From Verrucomicrobiota bacterium (GTDB lineage: Bacteria; Verrucomicrobiota; Verrucomicrobiia; Limisphaerales; Palsa-1400): a stretch of 64,000 bases of DNA. Positions 49,748 through 60,281 of this stretch are shown here, piece after piece (position 1 is the stretch's first letter; every line of letters starts with the position of its first letter). Made by a program: the position numbers and the translations under genes. The stretch lies in the NCBI GenBank assembly GCA_049510745.1, contig JBEKYR010000013.1:32001-96000 (forward strand), written 5' to 3'. Under the pieces are notes generated by a model. That model was not told where the DNA came from. It saw only the letters and a list, made by a program, of their open reading frames with translations, and searched no databases.

Positions 49748-51346
49748 TCAATGCACGGCCTCCTGGCTCTGGATCGCGGCATTTACTGCGGCCATCCGCC
49801 CGGAGGAAGTTGTCAGTTCACGAAGCCGCTCGAAAATTGAGGGCTTGAGCATCTCCTCCGTGGAGCGCCAGCGCCAATTGCCAGCGGCGATGCCAGGCAC
49901 GTTCATTCGGCCCTCCACACCCAGATTCAACAAGTCTTGCAGTGGAGCGATTGCGAGGCCCGACTTCGAGGACCACACCGACCGGATAAAGTCCCAGGCG
50001 ATTTCGCCACCCCCGCCGCCAGCCGTTCCCGCATAACTCCTGGCAGCCTGGCGAACATTTTCCGGTAGAAATTCAAACCAGGCCCGAGTGGTGGTATTGT
50101 CGTGCGTTCCCGTGTAGGCGACGGTGTTCGGGACGTAATTGTGGGGGAGATGCGGATTATGTGGACTGCCATCGAAGCCGAACTGGAACACTCGGATTCC
50201 GGGCAGCTCGAACTCATCGCGAAGCGCAACCACATCGGGAGTGATAATGCCGAGGTCTTCGGCAATGAACGGCAAGTGGCCCAACTCCGCGCGGACAGCC
50301 TCGAAGAAAGCAGCGCCGGGCCCCGGGACCCAATAACCACTTTCAGCGGTTTCAGCCGTCGGGGGAACGTGCCAGGCAGCGCAAAACGCTCGGAAGTGGT
50401 CGAGCCGAACCAAGTCCACATGGGCCAACAACGACTTCAGGCGGTCGATGCACCAACGATAACCAGAACGGCGAATTGCTTCCCAGTCATAGACCGGATT
50501 GCCCCAGAGCTGCCCTTTGGCACTGAAATAATCCGGGGGCACGCCGGCCACGAACAGCGGCCGGAGATCGGCATCGAGCTGGAACCACTCGGGGTTGGCC
50601 CAAACATCGCTGGAATCGAGCGACACGAAGAAAGGCAGATCCCCGATAAGGAACACGCCGCGTTCGTGGGCATACTCCTTCAAGCTGTTCCCCTGGCGGG
50701 ACAGCAAGAATTGCGCAAAGCGGCTTTCGTTGATCTCGCCGGCCAGGTCGTGACGTGCGTGCGCCATGGCGGAAGGACTGCGCCTAAGCAAGTCCTCTGG
50801 CCAGTCCAGGAGATTAGCGCCTCCCAAGCGTGCCTTTAAGGCACGAAAGAGCGCGTAGTCGTCAAGCCAGTGAGCCTCTTCCGAACAGAATCGCTCAAAG
50901 TCGGCGCTTAGCTCAGGGCGGTCGGAGGAGTTGAAATTGCGCCAGGCCTGGTCGAGCAATCGGTGCTTGAAAACAGTTACCGCGTCGAACTCAACCGCGC
51001 GCTTTGGGAGGCCTCCGCCTATTGCACAATCCCTTGGGCTGAGCAATCCGTCCTCGATTAGAAGGTCTGGGCTGACCAGCAGTGCATTGCCCGCAAAAGA
51101 GGACAGGCATGAGTAAGGCGAATTGCCATACCCAGTAGGCCCCAATGGCAGCGCCTGCCACCACCCCTGGCCGGCATCGTGGAGCCGGTCCACCCACGCA
51201 AAGGCCGCCGGCCCCACATCACCAATGCCGTAAGGCGACGGCAGCGAGGTCACATGCATCAACACACCGGAGGTACGACAGCCGGGCCTGAATGGCGGAA
51301 GCGCGACTTGATGTTCTGAGAGGAAGCTGTTCATGATATCGGGCAC
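49748..51346 (-). CDS. malQ: 4-alpha-glucanotransferase (GH77)
   Basis: SGVLMHVTSLP, GVPPDYFS..GQLWGNP, RLDHFR, AEDLG, TGTHDN. Confidence 0.95.
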   Translation of the reverse strand: MPDIMNSFLSEHQVALPPFRPGCRTSGVLMHVTSLPSPYGIGDVGPAAFAWVDRLHDAGQGWWQALPLGPTGYGNSPYSCLSSFAGNALLVSPDLLIEDGLLSPRDCAIGGGLPKRAVEFDAVTVFKHRLLDQAWRNFNSSDRPELSADFERFCSEEAHWLDDYALFRALKARLGGANLLDWPEDLLRRSPSAMAHARHDLAGEINESRFAQFLLSRQGNSLKEYAHERGVFLIGDLPFFVSLDSSDVWANPEWFQLDADLRPLFVAGVPPDYFSAKGQLWGNPVYDWEAIRRSGYRWCIDRLKSLLAHVDLVRLDHFRAFCAAWHVPPTAETAESGYWVPGPGAAFFEAVRAELGHLPFIAEDLGIITPDVVALRDEFELPGIRVFQFGFDGSPHNPHLPHNYVPNTVAYTGTHDNTTTRAWFEFLPENVRQAARSYAGTAGGGGGEIAWDFIRSVWSSKSGLAIAPLQDLLNLGVEGRMNVPGIAAGNWRWRSTEEMLKPSIFERLRELTTSSGRMAAVNAAIQSQEAVH

Positions 51347-53931
51347 GGTTGCACCTTCCAGATTTCGGTTGCGTACTGGGCGATGGTGCGGTCGCTGGAG
51401 AACTTCCCTGAGGCAGCCACGTTCAGGATCGCCTTGCTGGCCCAGGCCTCGGGCTCGCGGTACAAATCCACGAGCCGCTGATCCGCCTCGAGGTAGGATT
51501 TCAAGTCCGCCAGATGCATGTAGAAGTCACCGTGGGCCAGGAGCGCATCCAGGATGGGGGAGAAAATGCCCTGCTCTTTTGGGCTGAAATGGTTCGACGA
51601 GATCAAATCCAAGGCCAGCCGTGTTTCCGGTTCGTTCTCATAGTGCCAGCGCGGATTGTACCAGCCGCGCGTCTTAGCAACTTGCTCCGCCGTCAGGCCA
51701 AACAGGAAAAAGTTTTCCTCGCCGGCCTCCTGAACCATTTCGATGGTTGCCCCATCGCGTGTCCCAATCGTCAGAGCGCCATTCATCATGAATTTCATGT
51801 TGCTGGTGCCGCTGGCCTCGTAACCGGCGGTTGAAATTTGATTCGACACATCGCTGGCCGGGACGAGCCGTTCGGCCAAACTCACGCAGTACTCCGGCAA
51901 GAACACCACCTTGAGCCGGCCTCGCACCGCCGGGTCTGCGTCAATGACGGCGGCGAGATTGTTGATGAATTTGATGATGAGCTTGGCCAGGTGATAGGCG
52001 GGCGCCGCCTTGCCGGCGAAGAAGAACGTGCGTGGAGGCAGTTCGAGCTTGGGATTCGCGCTCAGGCGGTTGTAAAGCACGACCACGCGCAGCGCGTTGA
52101 GCAATTGCCGCTTGTATTCGTGGATGCGCTTGATCTGGCAATCGAAGATTGTGTCCGGATCAACGGCCTGCCCGGTGGTTGTCTTCAGCCAGTCGGCAAA
52201 TTTCACTTTGACTTGGCGCTTGGCGTTACGGAAGGACGCTTGAAACCCCGAATCGGCGGCCAAGGATTTGAGCCGGCGCAACTCATTGAGATCGACAATC
52301 CAGCGATCTCCGATGGCCTCGGTGATGGCACGCGCGAGCGGCGGGTTGGCCAGCAACAACCAACGCCGGGGTGTGACGCCGTTGGTCTTGTTGTTGAAGC
52401 GTTCAGGATAGATTTCGGCCAAATCTTTTACCGTAACCGTCCGCAGCAAGCCCGAATGAATCGCCGCCACGCCGTTGGTGCTGTGGGAGCCGACAATGGC
52501 AAGATTGGCCATGCGGACTTTCCGAAACGGCCCTTCTTCGATCAGGCTGACGTTTGCCACCCGCATTTCGTCCCCAGGGTAGCGCAACCGAACGTCATCC
52601 AGGAGCCGGCGGTTGATCTCGAAAATAATCTCCAAATGGCGCGGCAGCATGTCCTGAAACCACTGGACTGGCCATTTCTCGAGCGCTTCCGGAAGCAGGG
52701 TATGGTTGGTGTAAGCCAACACTTTCGTGGTTAACGCCCAAGCCTGGTCCCAGCCGAGATGCGCCTCATCCAGCAGTATCCGCATTAACTCCGGCACCGC
52801 CATCGAGGGATGGGTGTCATTGAGTTGGATCGCCACCTTCTCCGGTAGTTGGTTCCAGTCATCGTTCGTCTGCCGGAAACGCCGCACCAAGTCCCCCAGG
52901 GAACAGGCGACCAGAAAATATTCCTGTATAAAACGCAAGCCCTGGCCGAAGCTGGTCGAATCGTCCGGATAAAGCACGCGCGTGAGCGATTCGGCAGCCA
53001 AACTTGCGGCGACAGCGCTGACGAAATCACCGTGGCTGAACGCTCGAAAGTCAAAGGAATCAGGGGTAGTTGCGGCCCAGAGCCGGAGGGTGTTGATGGT
53101 CTTGCCGCCAAAGCCCACCACGGGCCTATCGTACGGCACACCGATTATCTTTGAAGGCCGCCCCGGAATGGGTAGCAAACTTCCGCCACGCACCTCAAAC
53201 GAGCAGTTCAACGGCACTTCGATTCTCTCCAGAGGGCGCGGCACCTCCCATGGGTCCGGATTGCGCAACCAATTATCCGGCTGTTCCTGTTGCCAGCCGC
53301 CCCTGATGGTCTGTTTAAAGATGCCATACTCATAGCGGAGCCCATAGCCCATCGCCGGGAGGGCCATGGTGGCCATGGAATCCAGAAAGCACGCCGCCAA
53401 ACGTCCCAGCCCGCCGTTGCCCAGGCCGGCGTCCGGCTCCTGGTCCAGGAGTTCCATTGGGTCGGTCTGCTCCCGCATGGCCGCCTGCCTAACGATCGGG
53501 TCAAGCAGAAGATTGGTAATATTATTGGCGAGTGAACGTCCGATCAGGTACTCCATCGAGAGATAGTAAACGCGCTTGGGGTTTCTCCGGGTGTAGTGCT
53601 GTTCGGTGCGAACCCAGCGTTGCGACAACAGGTCGCGCACGGAGCGCGCCAGCGCCTCGAAGCGTTCGCGAGACCCTGCGGCTTCGAGTGCAATGACATT
53701 GTCAAAAGCAAGATGTCGCTCATAGGAAGCGTTGGCGGAGCCTGCGAATTGAACCGGACCACAGGCGTACTGCTCCAGGAGTTCCGCCTCCGCCATTCGG
53801 TTAACCCCATTGTCAAGCGGGTGGACCTCGCCTGGCGAGCGCGGCGCTTTTGCCTGTGATCGATTAGGTTTGGGCAAGGGTTGATCGATCTGATTTCTTG
53901 GAGAGATCGGTTTCAGTATTGTGCTATCCAT
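51331..53931 (-). CDS. glgP: Glycogen/starch phosphorylase
   Basis: GLGNGGLGRLAAC, QLNDTHP, KRIHEYKRQ, EASGTSNMKF; RBS GAGGA. Confidence 0.96.
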   Translation of the reverse strand: MDSTILKPISPRNQIDQPLPKPNRSQAKAPRSPGEVHPLDNGVNRMAEAELLEQYACGPVQFAGSANASYERHLAFDNVIALEAAGSRERFEALARSVRDLLSQRWVRTEQHYTRRNPKRVYYLSMEYLIGRSLANNITNLLLDPIVRQAAMREQTDPMELLDQEPDAGLGNGGLGRLAACFLDSMATMALPAMGYGLRYEYGIFKQTIRGGWQQEQPDNWLRNPDPWEVPRPLERIEVPLNCSFEVRGGSLLPIPGRPSKIIGVPYDRPVVGFGGKTINTLRLWAATTPDSFDFRAFSHGDFVSAVAASLAAESLTRVLYPDDSTSFGQGLRFIQEYFLVACSLGDLVRRFRQTNDDWNQLPEKVAIQLNDTHPSMAVPELMRILLDEAHLGWDQAWALTTKVLAYTNHTLLPEALEKWPVQWFQDMLPRHLEIIFEINRRLLDDVRLRYPGDEMRVANVSLIEEGPFRKVRMANLAIVGSHSTNGVAAIHSGLLRTVTVKDLAEIYPERFNNKTNGVTPRRWLLLANPPLARAITEAIGDRWIVDLNELRRLKSLAADSGFQASFRNAKRQVKVKFADWLKTTTGQAVDPDTIFDCQIKRIHEYKRQLLNALRVVVLYNRLSANPKLELPPRTFFFAGKAAPAYHLAKLIIKFINNLAAVIDADPAVRGRLKVVFLPEYCVSLAERLVPASDVSNQISTAGYEASGTSNMKFMMNGALTIGTRDGATIEMVQEAGEENFFLFGLTAEQVAKTRGWYNPRWHYENEPETRLALDLISSNHFSPKEQGIFSPILDALLAHGDFYMHLADLKSYLEADQRLVDLYREPEAWASKAILNVAASGKFSSDRTIAQYATEIWKVQPCPIS

Positions 53932-53999
53932 ATCGTCCTCTTCAGTTTGTTTTTCGGTGAAAACGCGGGCTTGCGCTATGAGTGTGGAAGGAATGCTGA

Positions 54000-56435
54000 T
54001 CATCGGTTGCCTGGCCAGGTCCACCCATCCATCTCCGGCTTGTCTATGCCGTTCTCATAGGCGTAGGCCTGGCATTCGAGTTGCATGACGCGCAGCTTCT
54101 CCTTGGCGTGAGCGCCGGAGGCGCGCAGGGCCGGCACCCGATCAATTGCGTCCATCGCGATGGTGAAGCGATCAATCTGGTTTCGGATAGCCAGGTCGAG
54201 CGGAGTATTGATGTTGCCTTTCTCTTTGTAGCCGCGCACGTGCAAGTTCTTGTGATTCGTGCGCCGATAAGTAAGCCGGTGAATCAACCAGGGATAACCG
54301 TGGAAGTTGAAGATGATGGGTTTGTCCTCGGTGAACAGTGTATCGAAGTCCCGGTCGGACAGACCGTGCGGATGCTCGCTTGACGGGGTAAGCCGGAAGA
54401 GATCGACCACATTGATAAACCGGATCTTGAGGTTGGGGAAGTGCTCACGCAACAGGATGACGGCCGCGAGCGATTCTTTCGTGGGGATATCTCCGGCGGA
54501 GGCGATGACCACATCCGGCTCCGTTCCCTCGTCGTTGCTCGCCTGAGGCCAAATGCCAAGCCCTTTGGTGCAGTGAGCAATGGCATGGTCCATGGTCATG
54601 TATTGGAGATGCTTCTGTTTATCCGAAACGATCACGTTGATGTAGTTAGTGCTTTTTAGGCAGTGATCCGCGACGCAAAGGAGTGAGTTAGCGTCCGGTG
54701 GTAGATAGATGCGGCAAATCTCGGGACTCTTATTCACGACCAGATCGAGGAAGCCCGGATCCTGATGGGTGAAGCCGTTGTGGTCCTGGCGCCAGACCGT
54801 CGAGGTGATGAGAAGGTTCAGCGATGAAACCGGCGCCCGCCAGGACAACCCGCGGCAGCTCTCCAGCCATTTGGCGTGCTGATTGAACATCGAGTCAATC
54901 ACATGGACGAAAGACTCGTACGTGGAGAAAAACCCGTGACGTCCCGTGAGCAGATAACCTTCGAGCCAGCCTTCCAGCGTGTGCTCCGAAAGCAGTTCCA
55001 TGACCCGACCGTCTGGCGCCAGTTCGCCGCCATCGGCATCTTCGGGCCGGTAATCGGCCAGCCACAGTTTCTTGCTGGCTTCATAAATGGCATCCAGCTT
55101 GTTGGAAGCGGTTTCGTCGGGTCCGAAGACACGGAAGCTCTGCATGTTGTTGCGCATGATGTCCCGCAGGAAGCGTCCCAGGGGTCGCGTGTTCTCAGCC
55201 GTGGTCTGGCCTGGCGCGTCCACCTTGACCGCATAGTCCCGAAAATCGGGGAGACGGAGGGGCTTGCGGAGCAACCCGCCGTTCGCATGGGGATTGGCGC
55301 TCATGCGCCGGCAGCCTTCGGGCGCGAGGGCCTTGAGTTCCGGGATTAGCTTCCCGCTTTTATCGAACAGTTCCTCGGGCCGATAACTGCGTAGCCAAGC
55401 CTCCAACTGCTTCAAATGGGCCGGGTTTTCCCGCACGCCCGCCAACGGCACCTGGTGTGCTCGCCAAAAGCCTTCGACCTTATGGCCGTCCACTTCTTTG
55501 GGGCCTGTCCAGCCCTTGGGGCTGCGCAGAACGATCATGGGCCACCGGGCACGGGTCGCTTTGCCGCTGGCGCGGGCTTCTTGCTGAATGCGCCGGATTT
55601 CGAGCACACAGTTCTCGAGGGTTGCGGCCATCTTCTGGTGCATGTCTGCCGGGTCGCTGCCCTCCACGAAGTAAGGCGTCCAGCCATAGCCCACAAACAA
55701 GGATTCCAGTTCATCGTGCGAGATGCGGGAAAGCACGGTGGGATTGTTGATCTTATAGCCGTTGAGTTGCAGGATGGGCAGCACCGCGCCGTCGCGGATC
55801 GGATTCAGAAACTTGTCCGAATGCCAAGCCGCCGCCAGAGGACCCGTTTCGGATTCTCCATCGCCGACGACTACGGCCACGAGCAGGTCGGGATTATCAT
55901 AGGACGCGCCGAAGGCATGAGAGACGCTATAGCCCAACTCACCGCCCTCATGCATGGAGCCGGGTGTTTCCGGTGTGCAATGGCTGCCGATGCCGCCGGG
56001 GAAGGAAAATTCCTTGAAGAACTCGCGCATTCCTGCTTCGTCCTCGCCCTTGTTGGGATAAACCTCCGAATAGGTGCCCTCGAGGTAGCTCGGTGCCAAT
56101 ACGCCTGGCGCCCCGTGCCCCGGGCCGGCCAGGAAGATCGTGTTCAGATCATACTTTTTGATCAGCCGATTGAGGTGGACATAAATAAAACTCAAACCCG
56201 GACTTGTGCCCCAATGCCCGAGCAATCGCTGTTTGATATGGTCAATCGTAAGCGGTTGGCGCAGCAGCGGATTGGCCCGCAAATAAATCATCCCGGCGGC
56301 CAGGTAATTGCACGCCCGCCAGTAGGCGTCAATCTTGCTGAGTTCCTCTCTGGACATTGCTGGCGCCGGCGCCGGGCGTGCCTCGCCGCGCCGAGTTCTT
56401 TTTCGATCATCGATTACTGTTGCGGTTTCACTCAT
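54000..56435 (-). CDS. xfp: Phosphoketolase (Xfp/Xpk family)
   Basis: [40 protein letters not shown]. Confidence 0.96.
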   Translation of the reverse strand: MSETATVIDDRKRTRRGEARPAPAPAMSREELSKIDAYWRACNYLAAGMIYLRANPLLRQPLTIDHIKQRLLGHWGTSPGLSFIYVHLNRLIKKYDLNTIFLAGPGHGAPGVLAPSYLEGTYSEVYPNKGEDEAGMREFFKEFSFPGGIGSHCTPETPGSMHEGGELGYSVSHAFGASYDNPDLLVAVVVGDGESETGPLAAAWHSDKFLNPIRDGAVLPILQLNGYKINNPTVLSRISHDELESLFVGYGWTPYFVEGSDPADMHQKMAATLENCVLEIRRIQQEARASGKATRARWPMIVLRSPKGWTGPKEVDGHKVEGFWRAHQVPLAGVRENPAHLKQLEAWLRSYRPEELFDKSGKLIPELKALAPEGCRRMSANPHANGGLLRKPLRLPDFRDYAVKVDAPGQTTAENTRPLGRFLRDIMRNNMQSFRVFGPDETASNKLDAIYEASKKLWLADYRPEDADGGELAPDGRVMELLSEHTLEGWLEGYLLTGRHGFFSTYESFVHVIDSMFNQHAKWLESCRGLSWRAPVSSLNLLITSTVWRQDHNGFTHQDPGFLDLVVNKSPEICRIYLPPDANSLLCVADHCLKSTNYINVIVSDKQKHLQYMTMDHAIAHCTKGLGIWPQASNDEGTEPDVVIASAGDIPTKESLAAVILLREHFPNLKIRFINVVDLFRLTPSSEHPHGLSDRDFDTLFTEDKPIIFNFHGYPWLIHRLTYRRTNHKNLHVRGYKEKGNINTPLDLAIRNQIDRFTIAMDAIDRVPALRASGAHAKEKLRVMQLECQAYAYENGIDKPEMDGWTWPGNR

Positions 56436-56450
56436 ATTGATACTTCCTTG

Positions 56451-57689
56451 TTAAACGGTTTCAGTTGTTAGTTCTAATTCTCTGGGTGGAGACTTCCATC
56501 GCGCGTCCGAACGAATCACTTGCCGTGTCTCTCGCAGGATGGTCAAATCCTCCCTGCTTGAAATGACCAGGATCCGCCCGGGGGAGGTACGACTGGCGAT
56601 GTCCGCATCGGGCTTGCAGCGCCCATTGGCGGTGGTGTCGAGTTCCAACCCCAGATGGCCGAGGTTTTCGCAGACGAGCTCCCGGACCTGCGCGGAATTC
56701 TCGCCGACGCCAGCCGTGAAGACCAACCCATCAACCCCACCCAGCGTTGCGGCCATCGCGGCGATAGTTTGCACCAGCCGATGGATATAGACTTCCAAGG
56801 CCAGGCGAGCGTCAGGACTGTTTGATGCCTCCTTCAGAATTTGGCGCATGTCAGAAGAAATCCCGGAGAGACCAAGCAGGCCGGACTCGTAGTTCAACGC
56901 GTGGTCAAGTTGTTCCACAGTCAGCCCCTTGTGTCGCAAGAGGTAGAGCAGCACGCCCGGGTCCAGGCTGCCGCTGCGAGTGCCCATGACGACCCCTTCA
57001 AGCGGGGTGAAGCCCATGGACGTATCGACGCAAACGCCGTTGCGGACCGCTGAGACGGAGGCGCCATTGCCCAGATGAGCAATCACAATCCGAGCGCTGC
57101 TGCGACCCAGCATCGCCGCCGCGCGCCGGGAGCAGTAAGCGTGGCTCAAACCGTGAAAGCCGTAACGATAGATTCCCCACTTAGTTGTCCAGGTCCGGGG
57201 TATGGCGTAGGTCCGCGCCGCGGTCGGCAAAGTGGCGTGAAAGGCCGTGTCGAACACCGCTACCTGCGGTACTGAGGGCAAGACTCTTCCAATAGCGCAT
57301 ATCCCCTCAAGCCCGGCCATGTTATGCAGCGGCGCCAGATCACAGAGTTCATGAATGGCGTCTTGAACCTCCACGGTGATCCGCACGGCTGCTGTGAACC
57401 GCGTTCCCCCATGCACGATCCTGTGCCCAACCGCCGCAGGTTCGTCATTGCGCAGCAAGGGCGCGAGGGGGCCAGTGCGGAGGTCTGAAAGGATTCGCGA
57501 AAAGGCCTCGCCATGCTCCCGCAGATGCAATTCCTCCCGTATCTCAGGTTGGCCGGGATAGCGGAGCCTGAGCTGCGTTGGCTGGGTCGCCCAATCAATG
57601 CTGCCGTCGGCCAGAAGCAACTCCTGCTCCGCCTCGAACAGGCTGAACTTGAGACTGCTGGATCCGGAGTTGCAAACGCCGATTTTCAT
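56451..57689 (-). CDS. ackA: Acetate kinase
   Basis: NSGSSSLK, GHRIVHGG, FDTAFH, HLGNGAS, TSMGFTPLEG, FTAGVGEN. Confidence 0.96.
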   Translation of the reverse strand: MKIGVCNSGSSSLKFSLFEAEQELLLADGSIDWATQPTQLRLRYPGQPEIREELHLREHGEAFSRILSDLRTGPLAPLLRNDEPAAVGHRIVHGGTRFTAAVRITVEVQDAIHELCDLAPLHNMAGLEGICAIGRVLPSVPQVAVFDTAFHATLPTAARTYAIPRTWTTKWGIYRYGFHGLSHAYCSRRAAAMLGRSSARIVIAHLGNGASVSAVRNGVCVDTSMGFTPLEGVVMGTRSGSLDPGVLLYLLRHKGLTVEQLDHALNYESGLLGLSGISSDMRQILKEASNSPDARLALEVYIHRLVQTIAAMAATLGGVDGLVFTAGVGENSAQVRELVCENLGHLGLELDTTANGRCKPDADIASRTSPGRILVISSREDLTILRETRQVIRSDARWKSPPRELELTTETV

Positions 57690-57790
57690 GGATCATTTTC
57701 AGGAAGCGCCGTCATCCCACTTAGCAGTGAAGAGGAAGACGAACCGGCCAAAAACCAAAGCAGTATGAACATCTGTTTCTCCAGGGTCAT
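57686..57790 (-). CDS. 34-aa small ORF, ATGA-coupled at both ends
   Basis: MTLEKQMFILLWFLAGSSSSSLLSGMTALPENDP exactly fills the gap between the DUF5698 gene and ackA. Confidence 0.4.
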   Translation of the reverse strand: MTLEKQMFILLWFLAGSSSSSLLSGMTALPENDP

Positions 57791-58374
57791 GAGATGCCTC
57801 TTTTGAAGGATGCGAGCCTCTCTAAAGGAAAGAACCACGAACGCTTGCGCTGGCTGGCTTTCGGGGCTCCGCGTTCAGCAAAGTCCACCTGGCGGATGTC
57901 GTGGAGGATGAAGTCGCAGTGCTCATCAACGGTACTGGCAAGGCGAATCAACTTTTGTACGTCGCGCCGCGGAATTTCCACGCAGAGTATCGTCCGATCA
58001 CCCTCGCGGATATGTCCCTTGACTTCGGCCACTTGGTAGTTCCCGGCGCGCAAGACTTCGGCCAATTCTGGTCCTTTGGGGGTGAGGAGAAACACCAATT
58101 GCTTGCCAAAGGCCAGCCGTTGTTCGATGACCATTCCCAGGTAAGTCCCTATCGCGAACCCCAGCCCGTAGGCGATAGCATACACGGGCTGATTCACGTT
58201 CAGCAGGACCTTGGCGACGGCACAAATATAGACAACCGCCTCGAAGAACCCGAGAACTCCGGCGAACGCGCGCCGGCCTTGGATGACCGAGACCATGCGG
58301 ATGGTGTCCAAGGAAACGTCTGTGATCCGGGCCAGGACGATAAGGCAGAACGTTATGAGTACGGTAATGTTCAT
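57787..58374 (-). CDS. UPF0316/DUF5698-DUF2179 family membrane protein
   Basis: ARITDVSLDTIR, GFFE, AYGLGFAIGTYLG. Confidence 0.85.
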   Translation of the reverse strand: MNITVLITFCLIVLARITDVSLDTIRMVSVIQGRRAFAGVLGFFEAVVYICAVAKVLLNVNQPVYAIAYGLGFAIGTYLGMVIEQRLAFGKQLVFLLTPKGPELAEVLRAGNYQVAEVKGHIREGDRTILCVEIPRRDVQKLIRLASTVDEHCDFILHDIRQVDFAERGAPKASQRKRSWFFPLERLASFKRGIS

Positions 58375-59013
58375 TTAGCAATTTGGATTTATTCCAGTCA
58401 TGGCATCGGCGATGCCCCCGGACCTTTGCCGCAGGGAAAGGTGGTGTGCGGGCCAGGCGTCCATGGGCGTGACATCCGGGCCGGGATTGAACGTGAATCG
58501 GACGAGGTTTTTGAGGTTCAGGATCGAGATGCCTCCCTGCAACAACCGGAAGTGGACTGCAGGCGCGGAGAAGAGCATGTGCAGCCGTTGAAGCCGTTCC
58601 GCTTCCACTGCTACTTGGATTTCAGCCGCCAGAAATATTCGACTCCCGCCAGTCATTTCGACTTCCACATAGACTACGGCGAACTCGCCTGTCCGTTTCG
58701 GGCTTCGGCGTCGCTCCAGCCGCGCCGGGTCGTTCACGTGGCTTCGTTCTTGGAAATCGTCCTCGGGCAACTCGACCATATCCAAGATGTCGGTGGGCTG
58801 TTCCCACAGAGGGAGATCTTCGGCGATAAGGTCAACGCGGTTGACCCGCGCAGCGACGAAAGACGTCAGGGAATACTCGCCGGCAATGGTAATGACGTTG
58901 CCGGCAAAAACTCTTGAGGGCTGGATTTCCTTCAATATACGAGCTGCCAGGGCCGGATTGTCTTGGAAAAAAGCCCCGACCGAACCTCCCTGGGTATGAA
59001 TTAGAATTTTCAT
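58375..59013 (-). CDS. Hypothetical protein
   Basis: 212-aa ORF at the head of the operon, abutting the next gene. Confidence 0.7.
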   Translation of the reverse strand: MKILIHTQGGSVGAFFQDNPALAARILKEIQPSRVFAGNVITIAGEYSLTSFVAARVNRVDLIAEDLPLWEQPTDILDMVELPEDDFQERSHVNDPARLERRRSPKRTGEFAVVYVEVEMTGGSRIFLAAEIQVAVEAERLQRLHMLFSAPAVHFRLLQGGISILNLKNLVRFTFNPGPDVTPMDAWPAHHLSLRQRSGGIADAMTGINPNC

Positions 59014-59195
59014 GTTGTGAATTTTCTATCGTCGTTCAGTTCAACAAGCCTGTGTCCATTCCTCCCGTAATGCGACAGATGGCTCTCGATGTTCGCCAAA
59101 ATTCTTGGCCCATATTCATGAGGGCCGCTTTGGCGCTTGAGACTCGGCGCTTGTTCATATTGTTGAATGCAATTCGCATACAAAACCCGAATTGC

Positions 59196-59210
59196 GCAGG
59201 TAACATGCCA
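59196..59210 (-). promoter_or_regulatory. Putative sigma54 promoter for the ackA-xfp-glgP operon
   Basis: TGGCAT-GTTAC-CTGC; periodic array at 59281-59300. Confidence 0.7.
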
Positions 59211-59570
59211 ACTATCTCGGAAATGCAGAAGCTGCTGAGGTTGACATACTAACGACTCACAAGCGGCTCGCGGCTCAGGCTCGAAACTTCGAATGTTCGA
59301 AAAACAAAGTTTCTTGCGACTTCCTGGTATTGGACAGGCACGCCTCCGCCGGACATGAGCGGCCTGGCAGAACCGTATCACTGAGAACGCCACAAGGACT
59401 GCAGCGAGCGTTTCACTTGCGTCCGGAAATGGGCGCCTGCCTGCGTACACGAGGAACCGAACGAACGATTGTCTGTTTTTCGAGTCTTCGAAATTCCGAG
59501 CCTCAGCCTACGAGTCGGTTCTAAGCCGTTACCACTTGAAGCCCAGCACCTTATGCATTGCGAAGATAGC

Positions 59571-59585
59571 TGGCACGGCCATTGC
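59571..59585 (+). promoter_or_regulatory. Sigma54 promoter for the TetR-RND operon
   Basis: Consensus match TGGCAC-GGCCA-TTGC; periodic array at 59480-59499. Confidence 0.8.
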
Positions 59586-59600
59586 GTAAGTCAGCTTTGT

Positions 59601-60269
59601 ATGCGAATCGAGCAGAGCAGAGAAGCAGATTGGCCAACCAGCCCAACCGGGTGCCCCTTGGCCGCGCGGAACCGAGTGCTAGAGGTCGCCTGTGAAATGT
59701 TCGCCGAGGCCGGTTTTCACGGAACACACTTTCGGGAAATCTCCAAGCGCGCCGGGACCAATGTGGCTGGGATCTGTTACCACTTCCAGAGCAAGGAGGG
59801 ACTTTATCAGGCCGTGATGATGGAGGCTGGCCGGCGGCTTTCCGATCGCGACGAGGACTTCCTGGGGTCCTGTGCTCATTTGCCGGCTGAACAGAGGCTT
59901 TTAAGGCTCACCGAGTTGCTATTGCAAAAACTTAGCGCCAAGCGCGCCTGGATTGCCAAGCTTCTGACCAGGGAATTGATGGACCCAGCCTGCGGAGCGC
60001 ACACGTATGTGGCATCCGGGCTTGAGCGGGATTTTGTCCTGCTCCAGGCGGTGATGAGAGACCTGCTCGCTGCGGGCGCCAGCAGCGAAACCCTCCCGCT
60101 CCATGCGCTGAGCTTGATTGGTGAGTGTGTTCTTTACTGTTTAGCAGTAGAGAACCCGCACCACCCCTTGGTTCAGTTAGCCGCAAGTTTGCCAAATCGA
60201 GCGCACTTGGCCCGGTTTCTCACGGAGCGTTCGTTGGCGGTCCTCCAACGACAGATTTCAAACCTTTAG
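59601..60269 (+). CDS. TetR-family regulator (CecR/DUF1956-like C-terminus)
   Basis: VLEVACEMFAEAGFHGT..REI...YHFQSKEGLY HTH. Confidence 0.9.
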   Translation: MRIEQSREADWPTSPTGCPLAARNRVLEVACEMFAEAGFHGTHFREISKRAGTNVAGICYHFQSKEGLYQAVMMEAGRRLSDRDEDFLGSCAHLPAEQRLLRLTELLLQKLSAKRAWIAKLLTRELMDPACGAHTYVASGLERDFVLLQAVMRDLLAAGASSETLPLHALSLIGECVLYCLAVENPHHPLVQLAASLPNRAHLARFLTERSLAVLQRQISNL

Positions 60270-60281
60270 TGGCAATTGCAC

